Of a stretch of DNA of 64,000 nt, positions 63,241-64,000 are shown one piece after another. A model generated the notes under the pieces. That model ran no database searches and was not told the DNA's origin. It saw only the letters and a list, made by a program, of their open reading frames with translations. The translations under genes and the position numbers were made by a program. Positions within the stretch are counted from its first letter, which is position 1, and every line of letters begins with the position of its first letter. The stretch lies in the NCBI GenBank assembly GCA_965153285.1, contig OZ229111.1. One strand, written 5' to 3'. The DNA comes from Podarcis tiliguerta (lineage: Eukaryota).

Positions 63241-63932
63241 TGACATGATGGCATTATGGATGAGTCATTACAGCCAACAGGGTTAAGCAGCAGCATGGAC
63301 AAATGAGGAGAAGGACAATGAAGAGAAATTTGACACTGAACAAGCAGCTGCCAGAAGAACGACGAGGTTTCAAGGAATATTGAAAGAACGCCATTATTTG
63401 GCAATGTATTTTGCACTAAGATATTTAGCTACATGAAATGAGCAACTTTCAAAGTGAATGTAGAAATTAAGGAACATTCTGCAGAGCTCTAACCTTTCCA
63501 CAAGATCTAATGCAATATGGAGTGACCCACAAACTGTTAATTCATAACCTGAACTCTTTAAAATTCTACTTGGACTAGAGCTGGTGAGGAAACAGGCATT
63601 TTATCTTCACGCTAATTAACAGAACATGGCAATCAGCAGTTGTCAAATATAGAGCCCCCCACCCCTGTAAAGTTTATCTTAAAAAGAAAAATGCAGAACA
63701 CAGTAGGCATTTTGAATTTCTGAGGGAATCTGCGACTTCAGAGGGTCTAAAATCAGTTGTTGCCAGGGAAATGAGCTGACAAGAGTCAGATATCATGAAC
63801 GTTGTCAGGTCTGGCAAACACGACAGGGGAAAAATGGATTAGTAAATCCATATGGATTCCTAAGCTTCCCGGGTGCTGAAGCTCCATCTAAAAGCATTAA
63901 GAAACAGTATACGCTTAGTGAGGCATCAGATA

Positions 63933-64000
63933 CAGTGATACCTCAGGTTAAGTACTTAATTCGTTCCGGAGGTCCGTTCTTAACCTGAAACTGTTCTTAA
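63933..64000. mobile_element. pogo/Tigger-like MITE, copy 6 (cut off by the window end)
   Basis: TA|CAGTGATACCTCAGGTTAAGTACTTAATTCGTTCCGGAGG. Confidence 0.9.

Overview
Vertebrate, repeat-rich, non-coding DNA, either a long intron or intergenic sequence. The repeat complement points to a squamate, most likely a lacertid lizard (inference): Sauria/Squam1 SINE, Squam3-type SINE with (CTT)n tail, BovB, L2 with (TAA)n tails, CR1, L1, Rex-Babar, and many TA-targeting Tc1/pogo-type and hAT MITEs. I could not support any host protein-coding exon, RNA gene or CRISPR array. Every protein-like ORF in the track traces to decayed retroelements; the rest look like chance ORFs. The most notable elements are (1) a degraded Ngaro/DIRS-type tyrosine-recombinase retrotransposon carrying an SGNH-hydrolase-like ORF (about 46.1-47.0 kb), (2) an L1 3' end with an apparent twin-priming 5' inversion (about 37.9-38.5 kb), (3) a young CpG-rich hAT MITE carrying CTCF-like and NRF1 motifs, (4) a clean solo LTR with a 5-bp TSD, (5) several nested insertions, (6) BovB copies truncated at recurring positions, and (7) several repeat-free islands with clustered TALE/Hox/bHLH motifs that may be enhancers. 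Family names come from recognition of sequence and protein motifs, not database searches. I found no convincing wholly new biological system.
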